Shown here: positions 40,724 to 53,500 of the stretch, in pieces
Numbering within the stretch: the first letter of the stretch is position 1
How the letters are laid out: each line of letters begins with the position of its first letter
Source: Daphnia carinata
Taxonomy: Eukaryota
Reading direction: 5' to 3'
NCBI RefSeq assembly: GCF_022539665.2
Contig: NC_081332.1
Span: forward strand, 248,001 to 312,000
DNA: 64,000 nt
The notes under the pieces: generated by a model
What the model saw: the letters and a program-made list of their open reading frames with translations, nothing else
The model's database searches: none
Told to the model about the DNA's origin: nothing
Translations under genes and position numbers: made by a program

Positions 40724-41226
40724 AATACAGTGAAGCCAACGACAAACATTTTTCAACACTACCCTTTTCGTAGAAGCCACTCTTGTGACAAACGCGTTTT
40801 TTTTTTTTCATTTCCACTGTGAAAGTTTTCAAGTGTATCGTAGAAACTTACCCCTTCTTTAAGTCAACGTTTGAACCATTTCTCCTGTGTCCTTGAGCCT
40901 GGCTCTACCTGGAAAGCTAAAACATCTGTTCTCCCCCCTTATTTTGTCGCCTGCTTCTCTTCCTCCCCGAATACTACTTTGATACACGGTTTGGAACACT
41001 AAGTAACAACCTATTTCTGTGGTTTAAGTTATGCTGTTTTCTTCTGAATCGGTTAACTTGTTTTACTCTGAGTTCAATTTCCCTAAGACGATTATCTCCC
41101 AGTGATCGGGCGGATCGATTTGGATTTGGTTCATGTTTGAATTAAAATTGAGAACGATGCGATCGAACACTGCCCTTGCAGTGCCAGTTGGATCTAAATG
41201 TTGGAACAAAAACCTAATGCAGAGAC

Positions 41227-41299
41227 AGCCCCAAGTGAGGTTCTAACTCGACCTCGAAATTATGAGACTCGCTCGCTGCCTGATACTGCGCTTTCGAGG
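41227..41299 (-). pseudogene. Degenerate tRNA-Met, unit 19
   Basis: Multiple indels and substitutions; abuts non-array DNA at its 5' end. Confidence 0.85.
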
Positions 41300-41540
41300 G
41301 TAGCCGGAGAAATAGGACCTGGAGAAATAGGATCTGGAGAAATAGGACCCAATTTTCAAACATATTTTGAAGGGTCCTATTTCTCCATCATAATGGTCCT
41401 ATTTCTCAAGCATAAAACGACCTTTTAATAGGACCTGGAGAAATAGGACCCGGAGAAATAGGACCCAATTTTCAAACATATTTTGAAGGGTCCTATTTCT
41501 CCATCATAATGGTCCTATTTCTCAAGCATAAAACGACTGA
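41300..41540. repeat. Direct and inverted GGAGAAATAGGACC repeats; probable DNA-transposon terminus
   Basis: 15-bp tandem x3, inverted GGTCCTATTTCTC copies, and a ~115-bp block duplicated; no matching right end found. Confidence 0.6.
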
Positions 41541-43940
41541 TAATCGAACGAGCGTTTTTTGTCCGATAGTTTGGAAGAAAACCGAACGGCTTATACCGGT
41601 TTCTGCACTTCAAACACCGTTATCAATATGACTTCATTTTACTCCATCATAACTTTTTTTTCAATTAATATTCTTAATGTTTTTGCATGATTATATGCTA
41701 TATCAATAGCTTTTTAGAGCTCATTTAATAGAAAAGTAATTTTGTTTACACAGTATTAGGATTTTTGCATTTGACATTTTCTTACTGGTGTCTTCAAGCC
41801 TACCATCACCCGCTCTTTACTAATGTTGTTATTCATTCTTTTTACTTTTTTCTTCGTGCCTCGTTGAGGATTCTGGGGAGGGCGTATAAGTACCTCTTAA
41901 TACACGGGTAAATAAGAAAATTATTATATAAAATAATTTAAGAAACGTTAATTTAATAATAAAACACTGTTTGCCCTTGCCATAGTCATAGAAACCTGGT
42001 TGCTCCACGCTGTATGGTAAATGTTATACGGGTATGCTTTTTAAACGGCTAGTACATTTTAAACAACTTTTAAACCAACAAAACAAACAATGGCACCTTT
42101 TGCTATGAATTATTCTAACAATCTGCTTCTCCTAAAACAAATATTAAATATACTGCAGTTAGAGAAGAGTAGTGTGAAACAACGAGTGTCGAAACACACG
42201 AAATATTCTAACTCTTATTACTGAAAAGCGAGGATGAAATCAGGATTTTTTTTAAATTTTATATTTCATTTTGGGCTGAATACGTCAGAATCATTTTCAA
42301 ATATTGTACGTCAATTAACTCAAGGGAAATGAAATAATGAAAATGTCAGTGGAAATTGAATAACCCAAAAGCAAATTGCATGTTTTGTTAGGCTATGATT
42401 AAATTTCAGTCTTGAAGTCAACTAATTATTACCGTTGGAGACAGGTTCCGCAATAAATTGTCTAGTTTGCCTCTCGCCCCCTTTTGCGCCAACAGCTTGC
42501 AATTCTGACGAAGTTCCTCCACTAATTCTGAGGTTCTCTGTATGGTAATAGGAGATAAAGTTTACACATGTTTATGGAATGAAGTTAATTGACAGTATTG
42601 TAGTATTTTAAGATGATTACCTTTGCTCTCGACTCCAAAAGACGAATTCTGCGTCTACTACCATTTATTTGGGTCTATTTCTTTCTGGTGCTCAAACAAC
42701 CCCTGTATTTGGGCCGTGGAATCGGAACTTGCTCGCTCGCGGATTTTGATGCTTTCCAGAGATAACCCTTCAACGCTCGACATTGTGCACATAAATTCAT
42801 CTTTTCAGCAACAAAGGAGCATTTCATCGAACGTAAGACTCCATCTTTGTCCCACACGCATGACAATTTTGACGACATCTTGACAGTGTGCAGCGCGTAA
42901 TCAGCTACACTAATACAAGGCTTTTGTAATCCAAAGGCAACAATCATTGCAGACAGCTCTTCTATTGATGAAAAGGTCTCCGCAAGATCTTTGAGCGAGA
43001 TATTCCTGCCATTGAAGTAGTACAATACTATTGGGCCGTTCAGAACTTGCACGGTCCTCACTAACATGTTACCATGTGGTAACATATCCGGATTGGTGCA
43101 CAAAATTGTTTGATTGTGGTTATTAAACGACCACATCCATCCGTGCCCATCATCTGGTAATTTCACCATAAGTTAAAGTGATTGATAAAGTAGCAAAGTT
43201 TGTCTGAAACTCAGCATTTGTAGATTCCTCGGTAATAGGAATGGTTGCTTCATTAACTTCCATCACATCTTGATTGATATAACATGTAGCTGAAAGTAGA
43301 ATGAAATACTAATAATAATTGGAATTTAGTTAATAGTAAAAGTTTTACCATTGGCTGCTGTTGAGTTGTCATGTAACTGTTCTTCTACACTTGGATGACT
43401 CTTGTTCATTGCAAGGTTCTTGTAAAATAGCAACGATGTTCTCTACTGGTTTCTTGCTATGTTGTGCTGATATTCCATTATTGGTTTGGGAGCCTTCGTG
43501 GACTTCCATGACAGCTCTGTTCAATATATCATCTACTACACACCTAAATAGAACTTAAAATGACAATTAATTGTTTATCAAAATTACCAGTGGTCAGTTC
43601 TCATTGTTCTCTAGTGGCAGTCACGTTTTCCAATTGTTCTATCTGTGGTAGATTCATCATTTCAATTTCACTATCACCTGTACTTGCTTTTTGGTTATGC
43701 TGTAGTTTACTGGTTTTTGTTTTCCCCTTGTTCGTTCAACCTACTTGTGCACCTTTAGGTTTCAACGAACCCCCATTTGGTTCACAATGTAGCACTGGAA
43801 ATATAAAATGTGGTTTTCCATAATATTATTACACAATCTTCAAATTTGATAACACCATAAAATGAACATATACCTTTCCTCAGATTCTTACATGTTTCTT
43901 GTAGGATGTTTTGTAGTGGTGGTCTACTCGGCAAATCTAA

Positions 43941-45525
43941 TCTATACTAGGAGCCTGTCACATTGTGCTTTTGTTTTGATTGGCTGGCGTCAAATCCGCC
44001 GTCTGCTATAGTGAATTGGTGGAATGGGCATTTGGAAGACTAAACTGCGGGTGGAATTGCGGAATTAGACAATTTTCCGGTCTACGGGCTTGGCTTAAAA
44101 CGGGTGGGCAACGGCACGTAAGCTGACGGGCAGGGCATTTTATTATTATTATTCTAATTAATTATTTAAGTAGTTTAATTTAATTTAATTTGTTTATTTA
44201 TTATTTTTATTGGCCACTACGGCAAGCGTTTTGGCGGTCAGAGAGCGAGTCGATGGGCAACAACGGCGAGTTCTTGGCGAGCAAAGTAGGTTGACGGGCA
44301 GTGGTAAAAAGTAAGTGGACAGGCAGCTAAATGGGCCTTTTGACGGGCAGAGACTGTACAATAGGTCGGATAAATGCAATTTTTTAGTCTATGGGCTTGG
44401 CTTAAAACGGGTGGGCGCTACAATAGGTAACTGTACAGTGGAAGACGGGCAACTACAGCGGGTTTTTTGGTGGGTAAAGAGGGTTGACGGGCAGAGACTA
44501 TTCGAGAAAAAACGGGCAAAAGGCAAAAGTGGGTGGACGGCAACTACAGCGGGCGTTTTCTGGGCTGAGACTGTGAGGAAAAGACGGGCAAAAGTAAATG
44601 AAATGGTCAATGGGCCACTATAGCAGTCGTTTTGGCGGGCTGCGAATGGGGTGACGGGCAGAATGGGGGTCGATGGGCAGCGAGTGTGGGTCGACGGGCC
44701 GCGAGTGTGGGTCGACGGGCAGCAAGTGTGGGTCGACGGGCAGCGAGTGTGGGTCGACGGGCAGCGAGTGGGTCGACGGGCAATGAGTGGACCGACGGGC
44801 AGCGAGTGGGTCGACGGGCAGAGAGTGGGCCGACGGGCAGAAAGTGGGTCGACAGGCAATAACAGCGGGCTTCTTAGCGGGCAGAAGCAAAAAGTGGGTG
44901 GACAGACAACTATAGCGGGGACTTTGACGGGCAGAAATTGCAACAAAAGACGGACAAGTGCAAATAAAATATCGATGCTGTTTTGCGGGCCGTCGGGCAG
45001 AGAGTGGGCCGGCAGACAGACAGGGAATCAACTAGCAACAATGACAGGTTTCTTGGCGGGTAAAGTGGGTTGACGGGCAGAAGCAAATTGTAGGTAGACG
45101 GGCAACTGTAGCGGGTGTTTTGACGGGCGGAAACTGTGATAAAAGGACGGGCTAATGACAAAAAAGGTAGATGTGCCCAAGCAGGCGTTTTTGCGGGCAC
45201 AATGTGTTGAGGGGCAGAGTGTGGGTTGACGGGCAGAGAGGGGGTCGACGGGAAAAGAGTGGTTTGACGGGAAAAGAGTGGTTTGACGGGAAGAGAGGGG
45301 GTCGACGGATAACTTCAGCTGGGTTCTTGGCCGGCAGAAAAGTCAGGTGATGGACGGGCAGAAACAGGGAGTGGGTCGGCGGGCAAGAAAGGGGAACTCC
45401 TAATTTGTAATAAGAATTAGTAGTAGAAGGGAAAAACAATAAATGTGGATCGATTTTCTTAAAAATAGCGCTAATTACGCTAGCGCCACCTATACCCCGG
45501 CCCTGGACGGGCCCAACGTTACTAG
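43941..45525 (+). mobile_element. Non-autonomous Helitron
   Basis: A|TCTATACTA 5' end; GGCCC-tggac-GGGCC hairpin then CTAG|T 3' end; no TSD; removal restores a ~60-bp GT-AG intron. Confidence 0.85.
44640..45390. repeat. GC-rich minisatellite (19-21 bp, core GTGGGTCGACGGGCAG) inside the Helitron
   Basis: CAGCGAGTGTGGGTCGACGGG tandem at ~44678-44850, with degenerate copies on both sides. Confidence 0.9.
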
Positions 45526-45918
45526 TACAACAAAATAAGTTAGAAAATCTTTTAACATTCTGAAATATAGAGCTAGATTACCTTCAATTAAAAAACGTTT
45601 TGGAACTGCATCATCTCTAAGTCTCCAATTTTTATATGGATGGAAATATGGAATACTTTTAATATATTGACTCCTTTTACTACGTCGTTGGCATCAAAAT
45701 GACGACTGTATACTCGAGACGTTTTTGCCAATCGACTTGTTGGCATTACGCCTTGCCACTTGGTCAACGAGGACTTTGGAACTTTGAAGAAAGTTATTCC
45801 ATTTTCCTTCGTACTTCCTTTTGAATTAATTTCACAACCACTTACGTGACAACGATTCCCCGTTGCAGCCATTCTCACATGTTTCTAAATGTAGGACGCC
45901 ATTATTGTCGGGATATCT

Positions 45919-47972
45919 TAGTGTTGGCGACTATCTAAACCTCAAAACGATATATCGATATTTTTAGATAGATTTTAGATAGTCGACTTTTTTAGATAAT
46001 CACTGTATCGATACATTCCAAATAGATCCCCCATTTAACAACAGATGGCGTCTAGCGCAAATGAGAAAAAAACTATATATTATAATTTAACATTTTTCAC
46101 CTCTGCCCAGATTTGAACTCCGACGCTTCGTGTTACGAGCGACGACGTAATCCACACCGCTAAACCAGTAAGAAAAAATCGACACGGCACAAGTATGGTT
46201 TTCGTTGGCGAGTATCGATACAAATATCATGAAATACAATATTTTTATCGTCTGCTTTACTTTACAAGTCTTAACAGATGATTTTAGTTATACATATCAG
46301 GGTTGCCTTACGTAATAGAAAAGATTTTTGTAGAAATTTTTATTACATGAATATAAAATGTAGAGAAAATAATAATTTACCATTGTGCAAATGTATTTAT
46401 CGTCAGCATCTAAAAATATATATTTAACATTTTTTTAAAATGTCTCGCAGACGGATTCCAACTTCTGTACTTCGTATTACGAGCCCGGAATAGATCCACA
46501 ACGCTAACTCGTCACAATTTATGTGTGTCAGGCAATGAATCCAACGTGTGGTGCCGAGTATCGATACAAATTTCAGAAGCAACTGTTATTTACCGTCATC
46601 TGCATTATCCACAATGCTAAATAGAATACTATTTTGCTATGAAAATCTGTTATATTTATAAATTAAAACTCTTATTTTATTAGTACCGTACACGCCTCAG
46701 TTAACAGAGAGCAAGCATCCTAAATTGTTGTTACTCAGATACGTTTAAAATTTAATGTGTAGCAGATTGAAAAAATGCCCTAAAACAGATTTGAACTCGA
46801 GAATCCCGAATCCCAAGCGCAGTCCTTATCCACAGCGCTACTCCCTTATGATATTGTTTACAATGCTATGCATAATAATATTGTTACCGAGTATCGATAC
46901 AAATTGCAGACGAAATTCTAACATTGCTGTCGTCTGCAACGATTTAGATTGAAGATTTGTTTACTATTGATATCAGGGTTGCCACGCCAATTAATAGTAT
47001 TCTTGTACAGCAAGTTAACTATTAAAAACGTCACAATGTTTATATAGGACTGTTATGCAAAATATTTTGGAATTCCCGTTAGAAACCACCTAAAACATAT
47101 TCTTGAAACAATTAAAAATAGTGAAAAACTATTTCTCCGTTGAGGGTTGAACTCCGTACCTTAATGTTCTGAGTCACATCTTCTTCCACTTAACCATGAC
47201 GTTCTTGAAAAATGCGTAACCAGCAAGGTGGTATTGTTGTGGGATAGTATCCATACAAATTACAGACGAATATCTAATTTTATCGTCGTCTGCTCAGTTT
47301 TACGAAGCTTCGCAGTGAACTTTTTCAGTATTCAGGGGTGTTGCCATCAAATTTATCAGTGCTATAAGTTTCGTAATATATTATTATAAATATTTTTAAA
47401 AAAGACAAATGCTACCGCCTCTAAAAAACTTTTTTGTAAAAACATTCATGTAATTTTTCTCACACAACCAAAAATTGTGGAAAAGTTCATCAATTGGGCT
47501 TGAACCCAAGGATCTTGTGTCATGAACCTCGCCTTATAGCTCTGCGCCATCACACTTGATAAAATTAGAATCATAATCCATATGCATTTGAATAGTATCG
47601 ATACAAATCGACAACGGAAATCTAATATTTCAGTCGTCTGCTTGCATTTCAAAGCATAAACACATTATTTGCAACAATAAAATCGATAAAAACATGCATC
47701 CGTACCTAGCATTGAACTCGGAACTGTTATGCCGCAAGCGCTGTCTATAACCACAGCGCTATGACATGTATCATAGGAGACGATGGTTGCCGCATAAGGT
47801 TATTGCTTATAATTATCGATACAAACCCGACAAACTAACCCCTATCATTTGTGCAGTGCTATTTTTGGCCGGTAGATGGGGGTTATTAGATATTTTATCG
47901 ATAATCGTATCGTTATCTAAAAGTGGGCGTAGATAATTTGTATCTAGCAGAGCTAGATAATCGCCAACACTA
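45919..47972. mobile_element. Non-autonomous hAT-type DNA transposon (2054 bp)
   Basis: TIRs TAGTGTTGGCGA(C/T)TATCTA (18/19 match); 8-bp TSD GGATATCT at 45911-45918 and 47973-47980; no transposase ORF. Confidence 0.92.
46098..47822 (-). ncRNA. Array of six tRNA-like Pol III cassettes, each with an upstream GTATCGATAC palindrome
   Basis: Cassettes at ~46098-46169, 46441-46515, 46776-46849, 47133-47204, 47484-47558 and 47695-47768, each with A box, B box and T4-T7 terminator. Confidence 0.7.
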
Positions 47973-49985
47973 GGATATCTCTAAATCTACCCAACAGATG
48001 GCTCTTTACCGCTGCCAGCTCCTCCCACAAAATCGCTGAAATTTTAACCACGAGTCCCAGCATACCCGTATAGCATTTCCCATACAGCGTGGAACAACCA
48101 GGTTTCTATGATTCTGGTTATCCCCATAATAAAAATGACATGGGCCGCTGACGCAGAAATTTGTACTACCCTTCCCACGATTTTTTTGATACTTATTCTA
48201 CTTATACTGCCCCCAGGTGGAGGTTTTGATCACTACTTGAGCTTAAACAACAGCTTTCCAGCAGACGCCATTGTTTGTGGTATTTTTTGGCGTGTAGATT
48301 ATGATTGAAAATGTAGTTGCGTAACGAAAATAAAAATAGGCTAGGTTGTAAAGTTTTATCTACGGAGTGATGTGTGATAATGTTGAAGGAGTAGCAAGGT
48401 ACGTAATAAGGCACCAAGGTATATAATGATTAATTTTAATGGTTATCATTTAACAGGCAGTTTGGTAAATGGTAAAGGGGAAAACAAGTACTTGAAAGTA
48501 TCGTATAAACAAAGTTTTAAGAAAATGGAACCAAAAAATCAAGAGCCTGATAAAAAGCGAGGATCAAACTCACTCCTGAAGACATTTACAATTCTTGCTT
48601 ATTGACAAATATTCCAACTTGCAGCTTCTACAGTTCAAGATCACGATAGTAACATGGTTGGTGTTGACTGCAATAGTTCTAACAAAAAAATTGACACCAG
48701 AAATTGTTCTGCCAATCCTGAAGATCTGAAAGAGCGTCTAGCAGCTAAGCTATCATGGTTAAATTTCCTTTTTTTTCCTAAAGTAAGAGAAAGTGAAAGT
48801 ACTGCAAGTATACTTACAATTCATATGTATGTGCTAATCTTTTTGTTTAAGGAATGCAAACCTGCTTATGCCATTCAATTTCAGGGGAAAAGCAGGACTT
48901 TTCTGATAAACTGAAAATCCAACTTAAACGGAAGTTAGATAAGTTGGAGAAGAAGAAACTAAACAGGAAAAATAACAGATGCTAAGGTAAACTTTGAATT
49001 TTTACAAAAAAATTTTTTTAGATCTTCAAATAATTTTACTTTTCTGTATTATAACAGGTAAAAGAATACTAAGAGCAATAGGTTCAAAAAACAATGTGGA
49101 ATTGCTTGTGAGCTTGTCAAACCAATTAAGAAAGAGAATAAAATCAACATCACAAACGAGAAAGAAGTTGGTTGAATGCATCGACGAACAGGAAAAAAGA
49201 AAGGAACAACAACAGAAAAGGGATAAATCAACATTAAGAAAACGAAAAATGAAAAGAAAGCATAAACTGAATAAACTAGCGAAAAAAACAAACTTATCGT
49301 ATGAATTGCCGATATTGACATGGATGAGCTGACTCGTGTTCCATTATTTACAAGCCGTGTCATGATAGTTTTGTATAACAATACACTGGCATGCCTTCCA
49401 TGATCGTTGAATTTTTTTTTTTAAATTTCGGATTCATTTATAGAAGGTTAAGTGACATCGTTTATCACTGACGTACAAAAAAAAAGGTCGTTCCTGGTCG
49501 AAAATAATTAAAATGGATTTGTCATTATTAGTAGATTTGGTAACGCCAAGTGCAGAGCTTCTTTAAACTTTTCAGTGTTGTATGTGATGTTTAATTAGGT
49601 AATCAATGGCTCCTTGCAAATGTGCGTGAGGTGGAAAACAAGATACGGAGGACGCCAAAAATCCTTTATAAATGCGGGAAAAGTTCCTCTTCCTCTTTAA
49701 CAAAAGCCACGCCATAACTATTGAAATTTTATTCATAGATGTTTCTACGCAAGTTGTACATTTAAGTTTTGCTTAAACCATTTATTGCTTTGGTGGAAAG
49801 CGCTCCTACCCTACATAACAGACAGCTTTCACCGCCTGGCATAGTTATAGCAGTAGGGTTTGATTTTCATATAATTATTGGAATCTTTGTAACTGCGAAA
49901 AGAATTGAAAAAGTGATGAAGAAATAAATGGTATTTGAATCAAGAGTGAAATATAGTTTATATTTTGTCCTTGATTCAGATGATA

Positions 49986-50573
49986 ATGGTTTAATGGATA
50001 GTACTTCAGACTCTGACTCTGACAATCTGAGTTCAAATCTCAGTAGGACCTGAGACAGTGAAGCCAACGACAAACATTTTTCAACACTACCCTTTTCGTA
50101 GAAGCCACTCTTGTGACAAACGCGTTTTTTTTTCATTTCCACTGTGAAAGTTTTCAAGTGTATCGTAGAAACTTACCCCTTCTTTAAGTCAACGTTTGAA
50201 CCATTTCTCCTGTGTCCTTGAGACTGGCTCTACCTTGAAAGCTAAAACATATTAACTGTTCTCCCCCCTTATGTTGTCGCCTGCTTCTTTTCCTCCCCGA
50301 ATACTACTTTGATACACGGTGTGGAACATTAAGTAACAACCCATTTCTGTGGTTTAAGTTATGCTGTTTTCTTCTGAATCGGTTAAGTTGTGTTACTCTG
50401 AGTGCAATTTCCCTAAGACGATTATCTCCCAGTGATCGGGTGGATCGATTTGGATTTGGTTCATGTTTGAATTAAAATTGAGAACGATGCGATCGAACAC
50501 TGCCCTTGCAGTGCGAGTTGAATCTAAATGTTGGAACAAAAATCTCATGTAGAAACTGCCCCGAGTGAGGTTC
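49986..50573. repeat. Relic tRNA array unit (5'-damaged Gln(CTG) 49986-50051; 3' 17 nt of Met 50557-50573)
   Basis: Homology to the array unit. Confidence 0.93.
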
Positions 50574-53500
50574 CCTACACCAGCTGTCCAGTTTTGTCCA
50601 GCTTTACTGATCGTCAGCTGTGTTTCCGTCTGCAAGTGTTCAGTCTGTCCAGTTACTGGCCCGTCAGCTGTACCCCTACACCAGCTGTCCAGTTTGCCCA
50701 GCCTTACTGGCCCGTCAGCTGTGTCTTCCGTTATCAGATGTCCAGCCTGTCCAGCCCTACTGCCCAGTCAGCTGTCCAGCCTGCCCGACCTTGCTGGACC
50801 GCCATCTGGATCTTCCGTCATTGCCCGTCTAACCTCTCCAGCATTCCGTCGTCCGTCAACTGATCGTCCGGCCGGCCGGCAACCAGCAACATTCCGCGCA
50901 AGTTCAACAGTGCCAAGCGGAAGAAGGCGGACAAGTTACTGCGTAGCAAGAAAAGGATTGCTCAAGCCCTTCATCGCTTCCAGGTCCAGCAAGCGACTGC
51001 TTCCAACATTTCTACAGTTACTGCTGCTAGTACTTCTGAAGAACAAATTAGTGAATCGCGACCACATCTAGCTGACTTTGTGCCGCCATAGAATCCTAGA
51101 CAGGTCTTTTTTCACCCGTACGACCCGTGGCCCGTTTCACCCGTTGTTGACCCACCTACACCTCCGGCACAATCGGAATCCGAAGAGGACGATTTTATTC
51201 CGAGCCTCTCCGATTGTGAAGTCATAAGCGAAGTTGGACCCTCTTCAGAGGACGAAGCACATCGACCTGAACCGGTACCATCGTCGCCACGCCCCAGATT
51301 AGTTCGGATAAGAAACACCAAGACTGACGAAACGCGCTAGATCGGCCTTAGTCAACTTTTCCGCCCGGGTCCGCAAGATCGAATCGTCCGTCGTCGTCTG
51401 AATTAATTGATTCTGTGATCTAGTTTGTCATCTCCTTTGTAGGATGTCAACTCGACTCCGCCCCTCGTTGGTATCTGTTGTTTTGGTTCTTTCCGTCCGG
51501 TAAATACACTGCATCATGGCTCAAGCTATCGTACCTACTCTCAGTTCCATCGATGAAGAAAAAGAAGCATTGTCAGACGTGGAAACCATTGTTGATCCTA
51601 CCCGCCTCAAGAGGCTAAGGACTAATGGAAAGTTGGCTCATACTAAAGCGGATAAGAAGCTCTCGCAATCTATAAGAGTCGGTGAAGATCGTGACACTGT
51701 ACGAGCACTCCGCGCTAATTACGTTCCTGAGTTCGACAGCATAGAGAAGTGCCACGATCGATATGTCCAGTACAACACTCCCAATTGTAGCGCAGATGAA
51801 CTAGAGGGCGAGAGACAGTGGATACAAGCTGTTATCTATGACCACCAATCAACCTTGGCAGATTGTGTCGATTATGTAGCATGGACGAAGCCAAAATCGA
51901 GCTCTTCCGTACATTCAAGATCATCTTCACGACATTCCATTGTTTCGTCCCGACAAGCTAAAATTCACAAAGCTGAGCAAAGGGAGAAGGAAGCCGAACT
52001 GATGCTTCAACAAACCCTGGAAGAGACAACGCGTAGAGAAGAAGAGGATGCGAGATTAAGAGAGCTCGACGAATATAAGCGTCGCGTTGAGAGCGAAAGG
52101 AAACAGCGAGAGCTTCGAAACGAGATGGAACGACAACGATTAAGCGGTGCCATTATGCGACGACAATAGGCCGAACTTACCGCAGCTGAGCAGCCTGGGG
52201 CAACACGAGCTTTTTCCGTTACGAGCAATATGTCCAGGATAAGTGGTTGGTAGTTACGTTCAGCTACCACAGCCGCAGGTTTACCGAATATTGCTACGAC
52301 CTCCGCCGCTACTCAAGCCCCTACAGTGATCACACCGTTAGTAGGATCCACGTCTAGGATACCTACACCGACGAGACTCTTTGCCCAATCGATGGCGACT
52401 ACACCGCCCACACCATCAGTAGGGTTCTTGGGAAGAGTACGCAATCTCGCTAATAAAGTCTTCACGCCCGGCAGCTCTTTATCACGCTCGACGTCTATGC
52501 CACACATCCCTACGATTCCTGTTCAACCTCCGACCACGCTTCCACCTGGGAACGTTACCACCGATTTCTCTCGGAGACACTAACCAACCGAGTTCCTTGA
52601 GTTCAGCGCTTCCGAATAGCACAAACTTTGGGCCGGTCAACCTAGGTCCGTCGCACGGTCCGGGTTTGTCCGCGCGAGTTTCACCGTAACTACGCTCCCG
52701 AGTGGCTCCGGTTCGTCACACGGGCCAGCCACAACTACCACTACATATAGTTTGCCGTTATTCACGCCATCGATAAACTTCGAACAACAAGCAGCGTCGA
52801 CTTCATTTCCAGGCTACCAAGGAACACCCGCTCATCCGCCAACAGCGCAACATCCGCCTACCGTTTACACACCGGACGCTTGGATTCGTGCTCTTAACAC
52901 TCCGCCTGCCGTCACGAATCGCCCTGGTATCAAACCACCCCGGATGAAAGCGCCTACCTTCGATGGAGATCCCGGCAACTGGCCGATGTTCATACAGATA
53001 TTCAAGGTTTTTCTCCACGATGCCGTGAGTTCTGAGGCAGAACGCATCGCACATCTGTATGACACGCTAACACCGACCATTAGGAAGGACATCGGAGGAG
53101 CTCTTCTCAACCCGGGGCTTTACCAACATGCGCTAAACGAACTTCAACGGACATACGGAAACCCGCAAATTGTCTCCAAACCTGCACCTCATCTCTTCTC
53201 AAGCTGCGGCCGTTTAGAGACAACGACTTCAGTGCACCACGAGCTTTCTCAGCCGACCTTCACTCCGTGGTAGCAACTCTAAAATTAGGAGGATACGGAA
53301 TGGAGCTGTACAGTCACACTACGCTTTCACAATTAATCTCCAAACTTCCTCCAGCATTGAAGAGTCGATGGGGCGAGAAGAGTTGGGCAATGTAGCCCAC
53401 TCTCGCATCTAATGAAGACTTAGATCAATGGCTCAACGGAGTTGCAATGGCTGAACAATCTATCCGAGCGAGTTCGAACGAAACTCCTCATAGACAGCAC

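Larger units (their letters stand above)
39900..41299. repeat. tRNA array units 18-19 (more diverged)
   Basis: Homologous to the 1134-bp unit with more substitutions. Confidence 0.96.
42430..45878 (-). pseudogene. THAP-domain gene / P-element-like transposase N-terminal relic (spliced, frameshifted)
   Basis: CHVSGC...FFKVP...KW...VYSRHF; the LRDDAVP motif lies in a shifted frame; downstream exon with C..CAQC (42675-43169); short GT-AG introns. Confidence 0.7.

Noticed and set aside
44315..45439. Several 70-185 aa ORFs on both strands
   Set aside because: Products of the GC-rich minisatellite inside the Helitron.
46098..47768. Six functional tRNA genes
   Set aside because: Acceptor, anticodon and several T stems do not pair, so they are called tRNA-like only.
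46005..47822. CRISPR-like array (conserved palindrome plus variable spacers)
   Set aside because: Eukaryotic context, a repeat of only ~13 bp, a ~340-bp period and no cas genes; better explained as Pol III cassettes.
50557..50573. tRNA-Met 3' complement acting as PBS for the BEL element
   Set aside because: It lacks the TGG, has no LTR upstream and is contiguous with array spacer; it is a deletion junction.
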